Shown here: in pieces, positions 1 to 9,354 of the stretch | Position numbering within the stretch: the stretch's first letter is position 1 | How the letters are laid out: each line of letters starts with the position of its first letter | NCBI GenBank assembly: GCA_965217585.1 | Contig: OZ244561.1 | Location: 3,424,001 to 3,488,000 of the forward strand | DNA length: 64,000 bases | Direction: 5' to 3' | From: Candidatus Latescibacterota bacterium | GTDB lineage: Bacteria; Latescibacterota; UBA2968; UBA8231 | Notes under the pieces: generated by a model | Database searches by the model: none | The model's input: only the letters and a program-made list of their open reading frames with translations | Told to the model about the DNA's origin: nothing | Position numbers and translations under genes: made by a program

Positions 1-37
1 CAACTGCGAGGATGAGTAACAGCGTTGCGTGTTTCAT
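1..37 (-). CDS. 5' end of a signal-peptide-bearing protein that runs off the window edge (MKHATLLLILAV...)
   Basis: Minus-strand ATG at 37 preceded by AAAGGAG; basic then hydrophobic N-terminus. Confidence 0.6.
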   Translation of the reverse strand, partial: MKHATLLLILAV

Positions 38-312
38 CCTGTCTCCTTTGTAGTGTGAAAGGGGTGACGCCCATAGGGGGCTGGCGTTGTCGCTTCTTTT
101 GTTAGGGCCGTCTATGGCAATGATAGGAAATAAAAGGATTCGCTGTCAAGCGTTGGCGAATTTCTACCGACAAAAAGGAGGTGAAGCGGGCATTCTCGTC
201 TGCCATTGGCGTCCTCTAGGAGCATTGGAAGGAGAGAAATCCAAACCTATATTGAGTCTAATTCGCCTCGGCGCACTGCTGCCGAGCATACATTTTACAG
301 AGAGGAACGCCG

Positions 313-1242
313 ATGTTTAAGACGAGGATTGTTGCGCTTGCCGGCGCGCTACTGGCCTTGAGTGCGCCCTTGGCCGAGGCCAAGACCTTTTACTGGATTT
401 CGCACGGCTCGCCCGCCGATCCGGTATGGACGTATTTCCTAGCTGGGGCGCAACAGTGGGGTCAGGATACCGGTCATCAAGTCAACACGTCCTTCCACAA
501 CGGCGATGTGGCCTCGCACCAAGAGGCTGTGCGCGCTGCCATTGCCGCTGGGGCCGACGGCATTGTCACCAGCAGCCCCGACCCGGGCAGCTTGGTGCAA
601 GTGGCCAAGGAAGCCAACGACGCCAACATTCCCATCATCAACATGAATACGCCCGACCCCACTGCTAGTTTTGACGCCTATGTCGGGGGCGACTTGGTGA
701 CGACCGGCCGGCAGTGGGCGCAGTATCTGGTCGATAAAGGCCACGTCAAATCCGGCGATTTCGTCTGGATGCCGGTGGAAGTGCCAGGTGCGACCTATGG
801 CGTCCAAGAGGAACAAGGCGTCGCCAGTGTCTTTGAGCCGTTGGGCATCACTTGGGAAGTCACCGACGCTACCCTCGATCAGGCCGAAGTCATCGCCCGC
901 ATGGTTGACTACATGACGGCCAACGGCGACAACATCGACGCGATCATCGGCCTTGGAGATCTGGTCACCGGCAGCATCAAGCGCGTCTTTGACCAAGCCG
1001 GTTTCGCCCCCGGCGATATTCCCGTCGTCGGCTGGGGCAACTCGCTCGACACCACCCAAGAAGTCCTCAGCGGCTACGTCAACGCGGCCATGTGGCAAGA
1101 TCCGCTGGCGATCAGTTACATGGCGCTGTCGTTGGCCTCCATGGCTGCCAGCGGCATTCCGCCTGGTTTCGACGTCACTACTGGCGCGCTCTACGAGGCC
1201 GATAAGGCCCAGCTCTACGACGATATCCTGTCGGGCGAATAG
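313..1242 (+). CDS. Sugar ABC transporter substrate-binding protein (Peripla_BP_4/RbsB-like)
   Basis: Signal peptide; typical segments (AIAAGADGIVTS, IPIINMN); AGAGG RBS; first gene of a 3-gene ABC operon. Confidence 0.9.
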   Translation: MFKTRIVALAGALLALSAPLAEAKTFYWISHGSPADPVWTYFLAGAQQWGQDTGHQVNTSFHNGDVASHQEAVRAAIAAGADGIVTSSPDPGSLVQVAKEANDANIPIINMNTPDPTASFDAYVGGDLVTTGRQWAQYLVDKGHVKSGDFVWMPVEVPGATYGVQEEQGVASVFEPLGITWEVTDATLDQAEVIARMVDYMTANGDNIDAIIGLGDLVTGSIKRVFDQAGFAPGDIPVVGWGNSLDTTQEVLSGYVNAAMWQDPLAISYMALSLASMAASGIPPGFDVTTGALYEADKAQLYDDILSGE

Positions 1243-2223
1243 ATGAACGCGGTTGTACAGCGCATGATGTCGAGGCCGGAATTCGGCCCGTTCGTTCTGC
1301 TGGTCGCCATGATTTTCGTCTTCTGGCAGATCAATCCGGCGTTTCTATCGCCGCGCAACATCGGCAACATGCTGGCCTTCACGGTGGAGTTAGGGCTGAT
1401 CGCGCTGGCCATGACCCTGCTGATGACGGCCGGCGAATTCGACCTTTCAGTCGGCTCGTTGTTCGGATTCTGCCCAGTGCTCATGTGGACCCTGTACAAC
1501 ACCGGGGCTACGTCCATTGAGGTCGGCTTTGTCCTCGCCTTGGGCATGGCTGCGGCTATCGGCCTGTGCAGCGGCTTGTTCGTCACGCGCTTGCGGATTC
1601 CCTCGTTTTTGGTGACGCTCGGCATGTTGCTGGTCGTGCGGGGCAGTGCGTTGGTGGTGACCAGAGGGTTCCCGCAGCGAACTTGGGACGCCGAGGATCT
1701 CTTCCTCGCCGAGGTACTGGTCGGGGATTTCAACGTGGCTAGCCTACGCGTGTACATGTCGTTGTTTTGGTTTGTGGCGGCGGCGCTGTTGCTCGGCTAT
1801 CTGCTGACGCAGACCAAGATGGGGAACTGGCTCCAAGCTGCAGGCGGCAATGCCGAGGTCGCCCGCGCCCGCGGGGTGGCCGTAGAGCGCACCAAAGTCA
1901 AGCTGTTTGTCCTCTCAGCCGTCATGGCGGGTTTCGCTGGCATCATTAGCTCCATTCGCACGGCTGCGGCCAATCCCAACAGCGGCACTGGCTACGAACT
2001 GGAGGTCATCGCCATGGTCGTGATTGGGGGGACGGCCCTGACGGGCGGGCGCGGCACGATCATCGGCACGGTGCTCGGCGTGTTCATCTTGCGCCTGATG
2101 CGCAACGGTATCGTGCTCATTGGCGTGCCTGGACTGGCGTACAACATTTTCATCGGCGCGATCATCTTGGCCATGATGGCCCTGCATTCGTGGGTGGACC
2201 GCCGCCGACAGAGGGAGGCATAA
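1243..2223 (+). CDS. Sugar ABC transporter permease (BPD_transp_2/RbsC-like)
   Basis: Hydrophobic; GEFDLSVGS, IPSFLVTLG and YELEVIAMVVIGGTALTGGRG motifs. Confidence 0.92.
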   Translation: MNAVVQRMMSRPEFGPFVLLVAMIFVFWQINPAFLSPRNIGNMLAFTVELGLIALAMTLLMTAGEFDLSVGSLFGFCPVLMWTLYNTGATSIEVGFVLALGMAAAIGLCSGLFVTRLRIPSFLVTLGMLLVVRGSALVVTRGFPQRTWDAEDLFLAEVLVGDFNVASLRVYMSLFWFVAAALLLGYLLTQTKMGNWLQAAGGNAEVARARGVAVERTKVKLFVLSAVMAGFAGIISSIRTAAANPNSGTGYELEVIAMVVIGGTALTGGRGTIIGTVLGVFILRLMRNGIVLIGVPGLAYNIFIGAIILAMMALHSWVDRRRQREA

Positions 2224-2226
2224 CCC

Positions 2227-3018
2227 ATGGCCGCACCCCTAGTCAAAATGCACGACATCAGCAAGTCCTACGGACGGGTGCGCGCCCTCGAAAACGTCCA
2301 CTTGACGGTCAACGAGCGCGAGATCGTCGGCTTGCTCGGCGACAATGGGGCCGGTAAATCCACGCTGATCAAAATTCTCTCTGGGGCCGTTCCCGCCAGC
2401 AGCGGCGACATCTTCATTCGCGGCGAACGAGCCGACATCAAGAGCACCGCCGACGCGATTGGCTACGGCATTGAAACCATCTATCAGGACTCCGCCCTCG
2501 TAGCGGAATTGTCCATTGCGCGGAATTTTTTCTTGGGCCGCGAACCCCTGAAAGGTCCTGCGTTTTTAGGGCGCATGGACCAAGAGACGATGGCGAATGT
2601 GGCCCGTGCCTTGCTCAAGCAGGTGGGCATTGAAAAGGACATTCCCCCGACGACGCCCATCGGCGCGCTGTCGGGCGGCGAGCGCCAATCCGTGGCCATT
2701 GCGCGAGCCATGCACTTCGATAGCGAGCTAATCATTCTCGACGAGCCGACCAACAATCTAGGAGTCGCGGAGACGCAAGGCGTCTTGCGCTTTGTCCGCA
2801 ACGCCCGCGACTCGGGCCACTCCTGCATCTTCATCGCGCACAACATCCACCACGTCTTCCAGGTCGTGGACCGGATTGTGGTGCTGCGCCAAGGCCGCGT
2901 CGTCGCCGACGACATCGATCCCAAGGAGACGACCGTTGCCGAGGTGGAGCAGGTTATTACGGGGATGGCTAGGGGCGACCGGCCGGTCGCCCCTACATCG
3001 GGGATTGGCGGTGGTTAA
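2227..3018 (+). CDS. Sugar ABC transporter ATP-binding protein
   Basis: Walker A GDNGAGKST, signature LSGGERQ, Walker B IILDEPT. Confidence 0.93.
   Translation: MAAPLVKMHDISKSYGRVRALENVHLTVNEREIVGLLGDNGAGKSTLIKILSGAVPASSGDIFIRGERADIKSTADAIGYGIETIYQDSALVAELSIARNFFLGREPLKGPAFLGRMDQETMANVARALLKQVGIEKDIPPTTPIGALSGGERQSVAIARAMHFDSELIILDEPTNNLGVAETQGVLRFVRNARDSGHSCIFIAHNIHHVFQVVDRIVVLRQGRVVADDIDPKETTVAEVEQVITGMARGDRPVAPTSGIGGG
2970..2995. repeat. Perfect 26-bp REP-like palindrome TAGGGGCGACCGGCCGGTCGCCCCTA inside the 3' end of the ATPase gene
   Basis: Self-reverse-complementary; GTAG-family REP-like ends; lies near the junction of convergent genes. Confidence 0.75.
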
Positions 3019-4097
3019 TCCGCGTTGTCGGCGATGGATACCTCGCCCGTCGCTGCCCGATCGGCCAAAGCTTGGGCCTCGCTCGTCGGTAAGTTGCCGT
3101 TTTCAACGATGAGCACGTTGCCCCCGATGTCGACGAGGTTGGCTAGCCCCGCGAGGCTAGTCAGTTTTTCGTTGTTGTAGATGTTGCAGTCTTGGGCGAC
3201 CTGCGCAAGGCTTTCCAACCCCGCCAACGTAGTCAGCTTTTCGTTGTTGTAAATGTTGAGGTCGCCACCGACGCGGCTGAGACTTGCTAGCCCGGCGATG
3301 CTCGTCAGCCGCGGGTTGCTGTAAACGCTCAGATCTTGGCCGACGCGCGTTAGACTGGATACGTCCTCGACGATGTCCAACGCGGCATTGCGTCCAATGC
3401 GCAAGCTGCCGCCAATCTCCTTTAGAGACGATACATCTTCTATCGTGGCGAGGGCTAGGTTGTCCTCGACGACGAGGTCGCCGCCGACGCGGCTGAGATT
3501 CGAAAGGTCCTCTATGAGCGCAAGAGAGGGGTTGAACGCGATGATGAAGCTGCCGCCGACCGCGGTGAGGCCGAACAGGCCATCGACATTGGCCAATTGG
3601 TTGTTGTTGTCGATGCGCACGTTGCCGGCGACCGCGTTGAGTTTGATTAGGCCGTCCACAGCGATCAGCTTGTCGTTGTGGGAGACGCTGAAGTGCCCGC
3701 CGATTGTGTGGAGGAAGGACAGCCCCTTGAGATCGACGAGTTCGTCGTTGTCGTGGATGGCGACGTTTCCACCCACGGAGACGAGCTCGTTTAGCCCCTC
3801 GAAGTTTTTGAGTTCGTCGTTGTCGTGGATGGTGAGGTTGCCATCCACGGAGACGAGCTGGCTCAAGCCCTCAAAAAGGGCGAGGTTCAGGCGCGTAATT
3901 TCGAGGTCGCCAGCAATGGTGTAATTGCACCGTCCCTCCTTATCGAGGGCATCCGCGTCTTCGCGCGAGCGCACGATGTGGTTGCCCGGCAGGACGTTAT
4001 CTTCACAGTCGCCGTTTGCGATGCTATCCACGCCCGCGTCCTCGCCGCACCCGGCCAAGACGAGTAACAAGACGAATAGGTTCGCTGCGGCGATCAA
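3015..4097 (-). CDS. Lipoprotein with receptor L-domain / leucine-rich repeats
   Basis: Lipobox LAGC; about 24-aa repeats (LxxVGGxLxIxxNxxLxxLxGL); probable TTG start overlapping the upstream stop (TTGA). Confidence 0.8.
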   Translation of the reverse strand: MIAAANLFVLLLVLAGCGEDAGVDSIANGDCEDNVLPGNHIVRSREDADALDKEGRCNYTIAGDLEITRLNLALFEGLSQLVSVDGNLTIHDNDELKNFEGLNELVSVGGNVAIHDNDELVDLKGLSFLHTIGGHFSVSHNDKLIAVDGLIKLNAVAGNVRIDNNNQLANVDGLFGLTAVGGSFIIAFNPSLALIEDLSNLSRVGGDLVVEDNLALATIEDVSSLKEIGGSLRIGRNAALDIVEDVSSLTRVGQDLSVYSNPRLTSIAGLASLSRVGGDLNIYNNEKLTTLAGLESLAQVAQDCNIYNNEKLTSLAGLANLVDIGGNVLIVENGNLPTSEAQALADRAATGEVSIADNAD

Positions 4098-5353
4098 TCT
4101 AGATACCCGAGGGCGCGCAGACGTTCTTGGAGGATCTCGGCCTCGCCAGCCGTTGCTCCTTGAGCCTGCATCTGTTGATACGCAGAGCGATCCCGCAAGG
4201 CGCGATATTGCTCGCGGTAGTGCGAGGGCTCCGCGCAAACCAGATCGTCGTCACCGTGGCGCAGGTCGCGCAGGACGTATGCGCCCGTCTGTTCGTTCTC
4301 GCGGTAGAAATGCCGCCCATCGCACAGGCACCACTCGCGGATGCCCTCGGTATAGCGCGCTATTTCCTCGCCGTCGATAGCCGTAGGCGAGGTGACGCGC
4401 TCCTCGGGCAGGCGCAGATTGTCGGCGCTGAGAAAACCCACTCCGTACAGGCTATCCAGCTCAGATAATACCCAACGCTCGGCCGACGCCGCGCTCGGCT
4501 CCAGCCAGTTCTGCCCAAACCCCCGGTAGTCAACGGGTAGGTCGGCCAACGCCGCGATGGTCGGAAAGAGGTCGATGGCGGAGACGGCCCCATCGCGCGG
4601 AAAGGAGAAGCCGCCCGGCACGTGTGCCAGCATGGGCACGTGGACCACGTTGGGATGCAGCCGGTCGCCATGCGCCATAACCTCCCGACAAAACCCCTCG
4701 CCGTGATCGCCGCAGATAAAGACCGTCCACTCGTCGAGGTCGATTCGCTTGAGTAGCTCGACGAGGGAAAACTCCAGCACGTGGGTCACCGCCGCTTCGT
4801 AGTAGCGCAGAGCTTCTTCTACCTGACCAGCCGCCACTAGCTGACCCAGATTGGGCGGATGGGGTATGCCGCCCAAGCCGTAGCCGCCATGCGTGTACCA
4901 AAAGTGGAGGAACTTAAACTGCGGTCCGCTCGGCTCGACCAGTTCGGTACACAAGCGTTCGAGCGATCCCAAGTGCTGCTGGGTGGCTGATGGATCGACT
5001 GGCCCGATAAAAGGCGCGAAGTCGAGGAAGCGGAATACGTCCGGCCGCTCGGAAAAACCCCGGACGCTGTACCCGGCCGCAGCAAAAACGTCGAACAGGT
5101 TGACTACGTCCGCGAACATCTTCAGGTAGGTCTGCCCAAAAAGCCCGTGCTCAAAAGGATATAGCCCGGTGAACAGCGAGGTGTGCGAAGGGCGAGTCGC
5201 CGGCGCGGTGACAAAGTAGCGCTCAGCAAAGGCGTAATCCCGAGTCAGCAGATCGAATTTGGGCGTGTTCATCCTCGGGTTCGTCCGGCTCAGCGCATCG
5301 CGACGCCAGCAGTCGATGGATACGATCAGGAATTTGTCAATCTTTTCCGGCAT
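4094..5353 (-). CDS. Sulfatase-like hydrolase (alkaline phosphatase superfamily)
   Basis: VSIDCWRRD, TRPSHTSLFTG, GDHGE and C-terminal LRALGY motifs. Confidence 0.85.
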   Translation of the reverse strand: MPEKIDKFLIVSIDCWRRDALSRTNPRMNTPKFDLLTRDYAFAERYFVTAPATRPSHTSLFTGLYPFEHGLFGQTYLKMFADVVNLFDVFAAAGYSVRGFSERPDVFRFLDFAPFIGPVDPSATQQHLGSLERLCTELVEPSGPQFKFLHFWYTHGGYGLGGIPHPPNLGQLVAAGQVEEALRYYEAAVTHVLEFSLVELLKRIDLDEWTVFICGDHGEGFCREVMAHGDRLHPNVVHVPMLAHVPGGFSFPRDGAVSAIDLFPTIAALADLPVDYRGFGQNWLEPSAASAERWVLSELDSLYGVGFLSADNLRLPEERVTSPTAIDGEEIARYTEGIREWCLCDGRHFYRENEQTGAYVLRDLRHGDDDLVCAEPSHYREQYRALRDRSAYQQMQAQGATAGEAEILQERLRALGYLD

Positions 5354-5365
5354 CCTCTCTCCCCG

Positions 5366-6739
5366 TCAATCGAGCAGCCGTGCGTTGTACTGGCGTGGCG
5401 TATGTCGATAGCCGCCAAACCGCCCTTCGTCGAGCGGCGCGGGCGTATAGATGTACACGGCATCGCTGTATGGATCGTAGAGCACCACTTCCTCGCGCTC
5501 GTCGCCACACACATCGGCTGGAAAACAGTGATACCAGCCCATCTTGCCGCCGGTCGGCGTGGGTAGCTCTGGGAAGGTTGCGACCTTGTGGCCATGGCCG
5601 TTGAAGAGGGCCGCCGGACTGTACAGCAAATCTCCTTGCTCCGGCTCGTTCCAGCGCACGATTTCCATTCCCGTGTTATTTGGCGACTCATCTACCCGGA
5701 AGCGGCTGAGCACAACACCGTCTTGCGCGACGATCATCACGTCCGCATGGTGCCCATTGTAGCGGATGGCCAATTCGCGGCCCGGTAGCTCGGGCCGCAA
5801 GTTGCCGTAGCGCACCTCTTGCCCGTGTGGCACCACGTCCGCCCCCAAGTGCAGTAGGCGTCGTCCGCTGCCGTCGAGCACTTGGCCGCCGCCCGAGACA
5901 ATGGCCGCTGGTTCCGTTCCCCACTGATCGACCAACACGCTGTCTGCGTGGTCGCCTAAAAAGGTTTCCCACAACACGCGCCCGTCGTGGTCGAGGCCGA
6001 AGTGCCCGCCGTTGACCTCGTCGCGCCCATCGCCGTCCAAGTCGCCAACGGCCGGAATGTACGCCGCATGCCCCGGATAGCGATGCCACTTGCTGCGATA
6101 GTGCCACAGCACTTCGAGCTGGTCGTTGAACGCGAGCATATCGCTGCCTAGCTTGACGACAAAATCGCGCGGCTGGTCGTGCCCGGAGAAGTTGGCGATC
6201 AGCAGCCGCTGATGCACGTAGTTGGGGACGTGCATTTCCCCGTCCGCGTAGGCGTTGCAGCGCGCCAGTTCCTCGGGCGCGGCGCAGCGTTTGACCGCAC
6301 CCGTGCGCCCGTCGAGGATGGCGATATGCACGTCTGCGAGGTTCCATTTGCTGGTGCGTTTCACATGGGGATCAACGAGGAAGCAGAGGACTTCTTGCCG
6401 CCCGTCTTGGTCGATGTCGCAGATGGCCACCGGCCCCGGGCGGTCGGGAGAAATCGTCGCGAGGCGTCCCGGCTCGTCCGCGTCGAGCGCGGTGAAATCC
6501 CGATTCCCCACCGCCCAAAGCGGCTCTCCAGCAAGCGAAAAGGCCCCTAGAAAGCAGGGTTTGATGCCCCCTAGGGCATTGTACACGAGGAAATCGACCT
6601 GCCCGTCTCCAGTCAGGTCGCCGATGCGAATGTCCCCGCCGGTGCGCTCGCGGACGAACTCGTCGGGCAGGGGAATTTTTTTGTAGAGTACGGCCGCGGC
6701 GTCTTGCAAGGATCGCAACTCATGGCTTGGCGTGAGCAA
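5366..6739 (-). CDS. FG-GAP/VCBS-repeat beta-propeller protein (rhamnogalacturonan lyase PL11-like)
   Basis: Repeated DxDGDGxxE Ca-binding motifs (GDLTGDGQVD, DIDQDGRQE, GDLDGDGRDE, ADVCGDEREE). Confidence 0.65.
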   Translation of the reverse strand: MLTPSHELRSLQDAAAVLYKKIPLPDEFVRERTGGDIRIGDLTGDGQVDFLVYNALGGIKPCFLGAFSLAGEPLWAVGNRDFTALDADEPGRLATISPDRPGPVAICDIDQDGRQEVLCFLVDPHVKRTSKWNLADVHIAILDGRTGAVKRCAAPEELARCNAYADGEMHVPNYVHQRLLIANFSGHDQPRDFVVKLGSDMLAFNDQLEVLWHYRSKWHRYPGHAAYIPAVGDLDGDGRDEVNGGHFGLDHDGRVLWETFLGDHADSVLVDQWGTEPAAIVSGGGQVLDGSGRRLLHLGADVVPHGQEVRYGNLRPELPGRELAIRYNGHHADVMIVAQDGVVLSRFRVDESPNNTGMEIVRWNEPEQGDLLYSPAALFNGHGHKVATFPELPTPTGGKMGWYHCFPADVCGDEREEVVLYDPYSDAVYIYTPAPLDEGRFGGYRHTPRQYNARLLD

Positions 6740-6821
6740 AATGTTGCGAGAATATACGCATAGAGGCGTCCGATGCGAAGATTAGCTAGATTGTAGTCAA
6801 CATACCAACGAAAGGAGCCAC

Positions 6822-7778
6822 ATGTCTTTCAAGTTCGTCTTTCTGTCACCCGCCAGCGAACTAGCCGCTGCGATGTCCGAAGCGGTCCCCACGATGGAGA
6901 TCGTCCACTGCGAAAGCCGCGCCGAAGCTCTAGCCGCTCTTCCCACGGCGCAAGCCTGTTTCGGCACCTTGGACCCTGAGCTGTTGGCCGCGGCCGCTCA
7001 GCTCAAGTGGTTGGCCGCCCCAGCCGCCGGCCCGCCCAAGGGGTATTACTTCCCGGAACTCATCGATAGCGACGTGGTGGTGACCAATTTCCGCGGCATC
7101 TTCAACGATCACATCTCGGCCCATATCATGGCCTTTGTGCTGGCGCTTTCGCGCGGTATGCACTACTACTTCCGCAACCAGTTCGCCGGCCATTGGCGCA
7201 GCGGAGGGGAATCGAGTCCCGCGACCTACCTACCCGAAGCTACCGCGCTGATCGTCGGCGTCGGCGGGATTGGTGCAGAGACCGCGCGCCAGTGCAAGAA
7301 CTGGGACATGACGACCATTGGCATCGACCCCCGCGTTGAGTCGCCGCCGCCGGGCGTTGACGAGTTATACCGCCCAGACGCGCTCAACCAGCTCCTGCCG
7401 AGGGCGGATTTCGTGCTAGTCACTGCGCCGCAGACGCCGCAGACCGAGGGCTTTTTCACCAGCGCCCAGTTCGAGCAGATGAAGACCAGCGCGTACTTCG
7501 TCAACATCGGTCGCGGCGCGAACGTCAAGTTGGCCGACCTCGATCAAGCCCTGCGCGAAGGCCAGATCGCCGGTGCCGCCCTAGATGTGTTTGAGGAGGA
7601 GCCGCTGCCGCCGGAGCACCCGCTGTGGACGGCCCCGAACTTCCTGATGACCCCGCACGTGGCCGCGGCCGGCCCTTATCTGAACGAGCGCCGACGCGAC
7701 CTGTTGGTGGAGAATTGCAAACGCTTTGCCTGCGGCGAGGCGTTGGTGAATGTGGTGGATAAAGGAAACTGGTTCTGA
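6822..7778 (+). CDS. D-2-hydroxyacid dehydrogenase
   Basis: GVGGIG Rossmann motif, VNIGRG, ALDVFEEEPLP, TPHVA; AAGGAG RBS. Confidence 0.92.
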   Translation: MSFKFVFLSPASELAAAMSEAVPTMEIVHCESRAEALAALPTAQACFGTLDPELLAAAAQLKWLAAPAAGPPKGYYFPELIDSDVVVTNFRGIFNDHISAHIMAFVLALSRGMHYYFRNQFAGHWRSGGESSPATYLPEATALIVGVGGIGAETARQCKNWDMTTIGIDPRVESPPPGVDELYRPDALNQLLPRADFVLVTAPQTPQTEGFFTSAQFEQMKTSAYFVNIGRGANVKLADLDQALREGQIAGAALDVFEEEPLPPEHPLWTAPNFLMTPHVAAAGPYLNERRRDLLVENCKRFACGEALVNVVDKGNWF

Positions 7779-7781
7779 GTG

Positions 7782-8405
7782 CTAAGGCAGCGTGCCCGCG
7801 ATGAGCAGGTACGAGTCGGCTGTGACCTCGCCGTCAATTTCCCACTCTTTGAGCTCGCCGCCGAGCTTCTCGACGACCTTCTCGCTCAGCGAGTGAAAGG
7901 GCGGGCGGCCCGGATCGGCGATGATGATCTGCCCGACCCCGACCCCGATCGCCTTTTTGATCAGCTTGTAGAGCGGCGAGACCATTTCGTCCCAGAAGCA
8001 AATATCGGCCCCGATGATCAGGTTGGTTTGGCGCAGGTCTTTCCTTTTTACTTTCTCAAACTTGCAGCACCAGGTCTCTATCTCGACTTCGTTGATCTCG
8101 GCGTGTAGCTGCAAGTAGGGAAAGACCGCCGCATCCGCGTCCATTCCCGTGACGTTGGAACCGTGGTTTTTGGCGCAGTATATCCCGGCGAGACCCCAAC
8201 CGCAGCCGATATCCAAAACCTGCGTCTTTGGCGGCAGACCCTGGTGCGAGAGGAAGTCCATTACGCACCAACTCACATTCCAGAATTTGTTGCCGTAGAT
8301 GCAGGGTTCGTGCTTCTTTTTTTCTGCGAGCACCCGGGGGTCAGCAGCTTTGAGTACCGTGATGCCATACGCCTGACGCGAGGTTTTCTTTTTTTCTTTA
8401 GCCAT
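7782..8405 (-). CDS. Class I SAM-dependent methyltransferase (Methyltransf_16-like)
   Basis: VLDIGCGWG motif I, GNKFW pre-motif, IIGADICF, IIIADPGR. Confidence 0.8.
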   Translation of the reverse strand: MAKEKKKTSRQAYGITVLKAADPRVLAEKKKHEPCIYGNKFWNVSWCVMDFLSHQGLPPKTQVLDIGCGWGLAGIYCAKNHGSNVTGMDADAAVFPYLQLHAEINEVEIETWCCKFEKVKRKDLRQTNLIIGADICFWDEMVSPLYKLIKKAIGVGVGQIIIADPGRPPFHSLSEKVVEKLGGELKEWEIDGEVTADSYLLIAGTLP

Positions 8406-8459
8406 TTCGCTCTGTTATTTCCTACAGGGAAGTTGGATTTTCTCGCAGTACCCCAATCC

Positions 8460-9239
8460 TTAGAATCCCCACACGCGCGCCGCGGTTTTACCCATGACCC
8501 ACTCGATATCGTCGCCGTCGGCAAAGGCCGGATGTTTGAGGACGCCGCGCAGCGCATTGGTGTAGCCCTCTCTGCCAGCACTGGGCGGGAAGTCGCTGCC
8601 CCACATCATGCGTTGCACGCCGAATGCGTCCTTGGCCATCTCGAAAAGTGGCGGTACGTGGTCGAATTCGAGTTCGGGCAGCAGGCGCGGTGGGCGGGCG
8701 CAGATTTCGCCTAAGCCGGGGACTTTGATGCTGGTGTTGTCGCGCTCGCCCTGTTGGAGGGCTTTGGCGTACTCGGCGTAGGGCGGCTCGGCAATGCCCA
8801 CGCCTGCGAGATGTTCGATAGTGACGTGCGTGTCGGGGCACGCATCGAGCACGCGCGAGAAGTCATCGGCAGCGAACTGGGGTGCCATGCCGATGCTTGA
8901 GACTACGAGGCCGAGTTCGCCGGCTCTGCACCACATGTCGTAAGGGCCTGCGTTGGCGAACTGGCCATTCGGGGCAATGCGCACACCGGCGGCCCCTTGC
9001 GCTGCGAGCCGTGCAAGATCGCCGAGTGGATCGCGCGACTCGGGATCCACTAGGACCGCAACTTTGAATCGGCCCGATCGTTTGGCGGCTTCTTGGAGGA
9101 GATAGGCGTTGTCGTATGTGCCGCCGTGTTGGATGAGTACGGCCTTGTCAACGCCGTTGCGATCCATTTCAAACTCAAGTGTCTCGATAGGCTCGAACCA
9201 GTTGTTCCCGGCGTGGCAGTGCGTGTCGATTATCAGCAT
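8460..9239 (-). CDS. Amidohydrolase_2 family protein
   Basis: IIDTHCH metal motif and MMWGSDFP. Confidence 0.88.
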   Translation of the reverse strand: MLIIDTHCHAGNNWFEPIETLEFEMDRNGVDKAVLIQHGGTYDNAYLLQEAAKRSGRFKVAVLVDPESRDPLGDLARLAAQGAAGVRIAPNGQFANAGPYDMWCRAGELGLVVSSIGMAPQFAADDFSRVLDACPDTHVTIEHLAGVGIAEPPYAEYAKALQQGERDNTSIKVPGLGEICARPPRLLPELEFDHVPPLFEMAKDAFGVQRMMWGSDFPPSAGREGYTNALRGVLKHPAFADGDDIEWVMGKTAARVWGF

Positions 9240-9354
9240 TTGAAGTTGTCTTTCAATCGGAGATATTTGTCAATCGCGCAGCTTTTGAAATGATTCAACT
9301 TGCTTCTAATACTTGACCATGTCAAAGGCATGCCGTTGTTCGGTCACTCATCCA

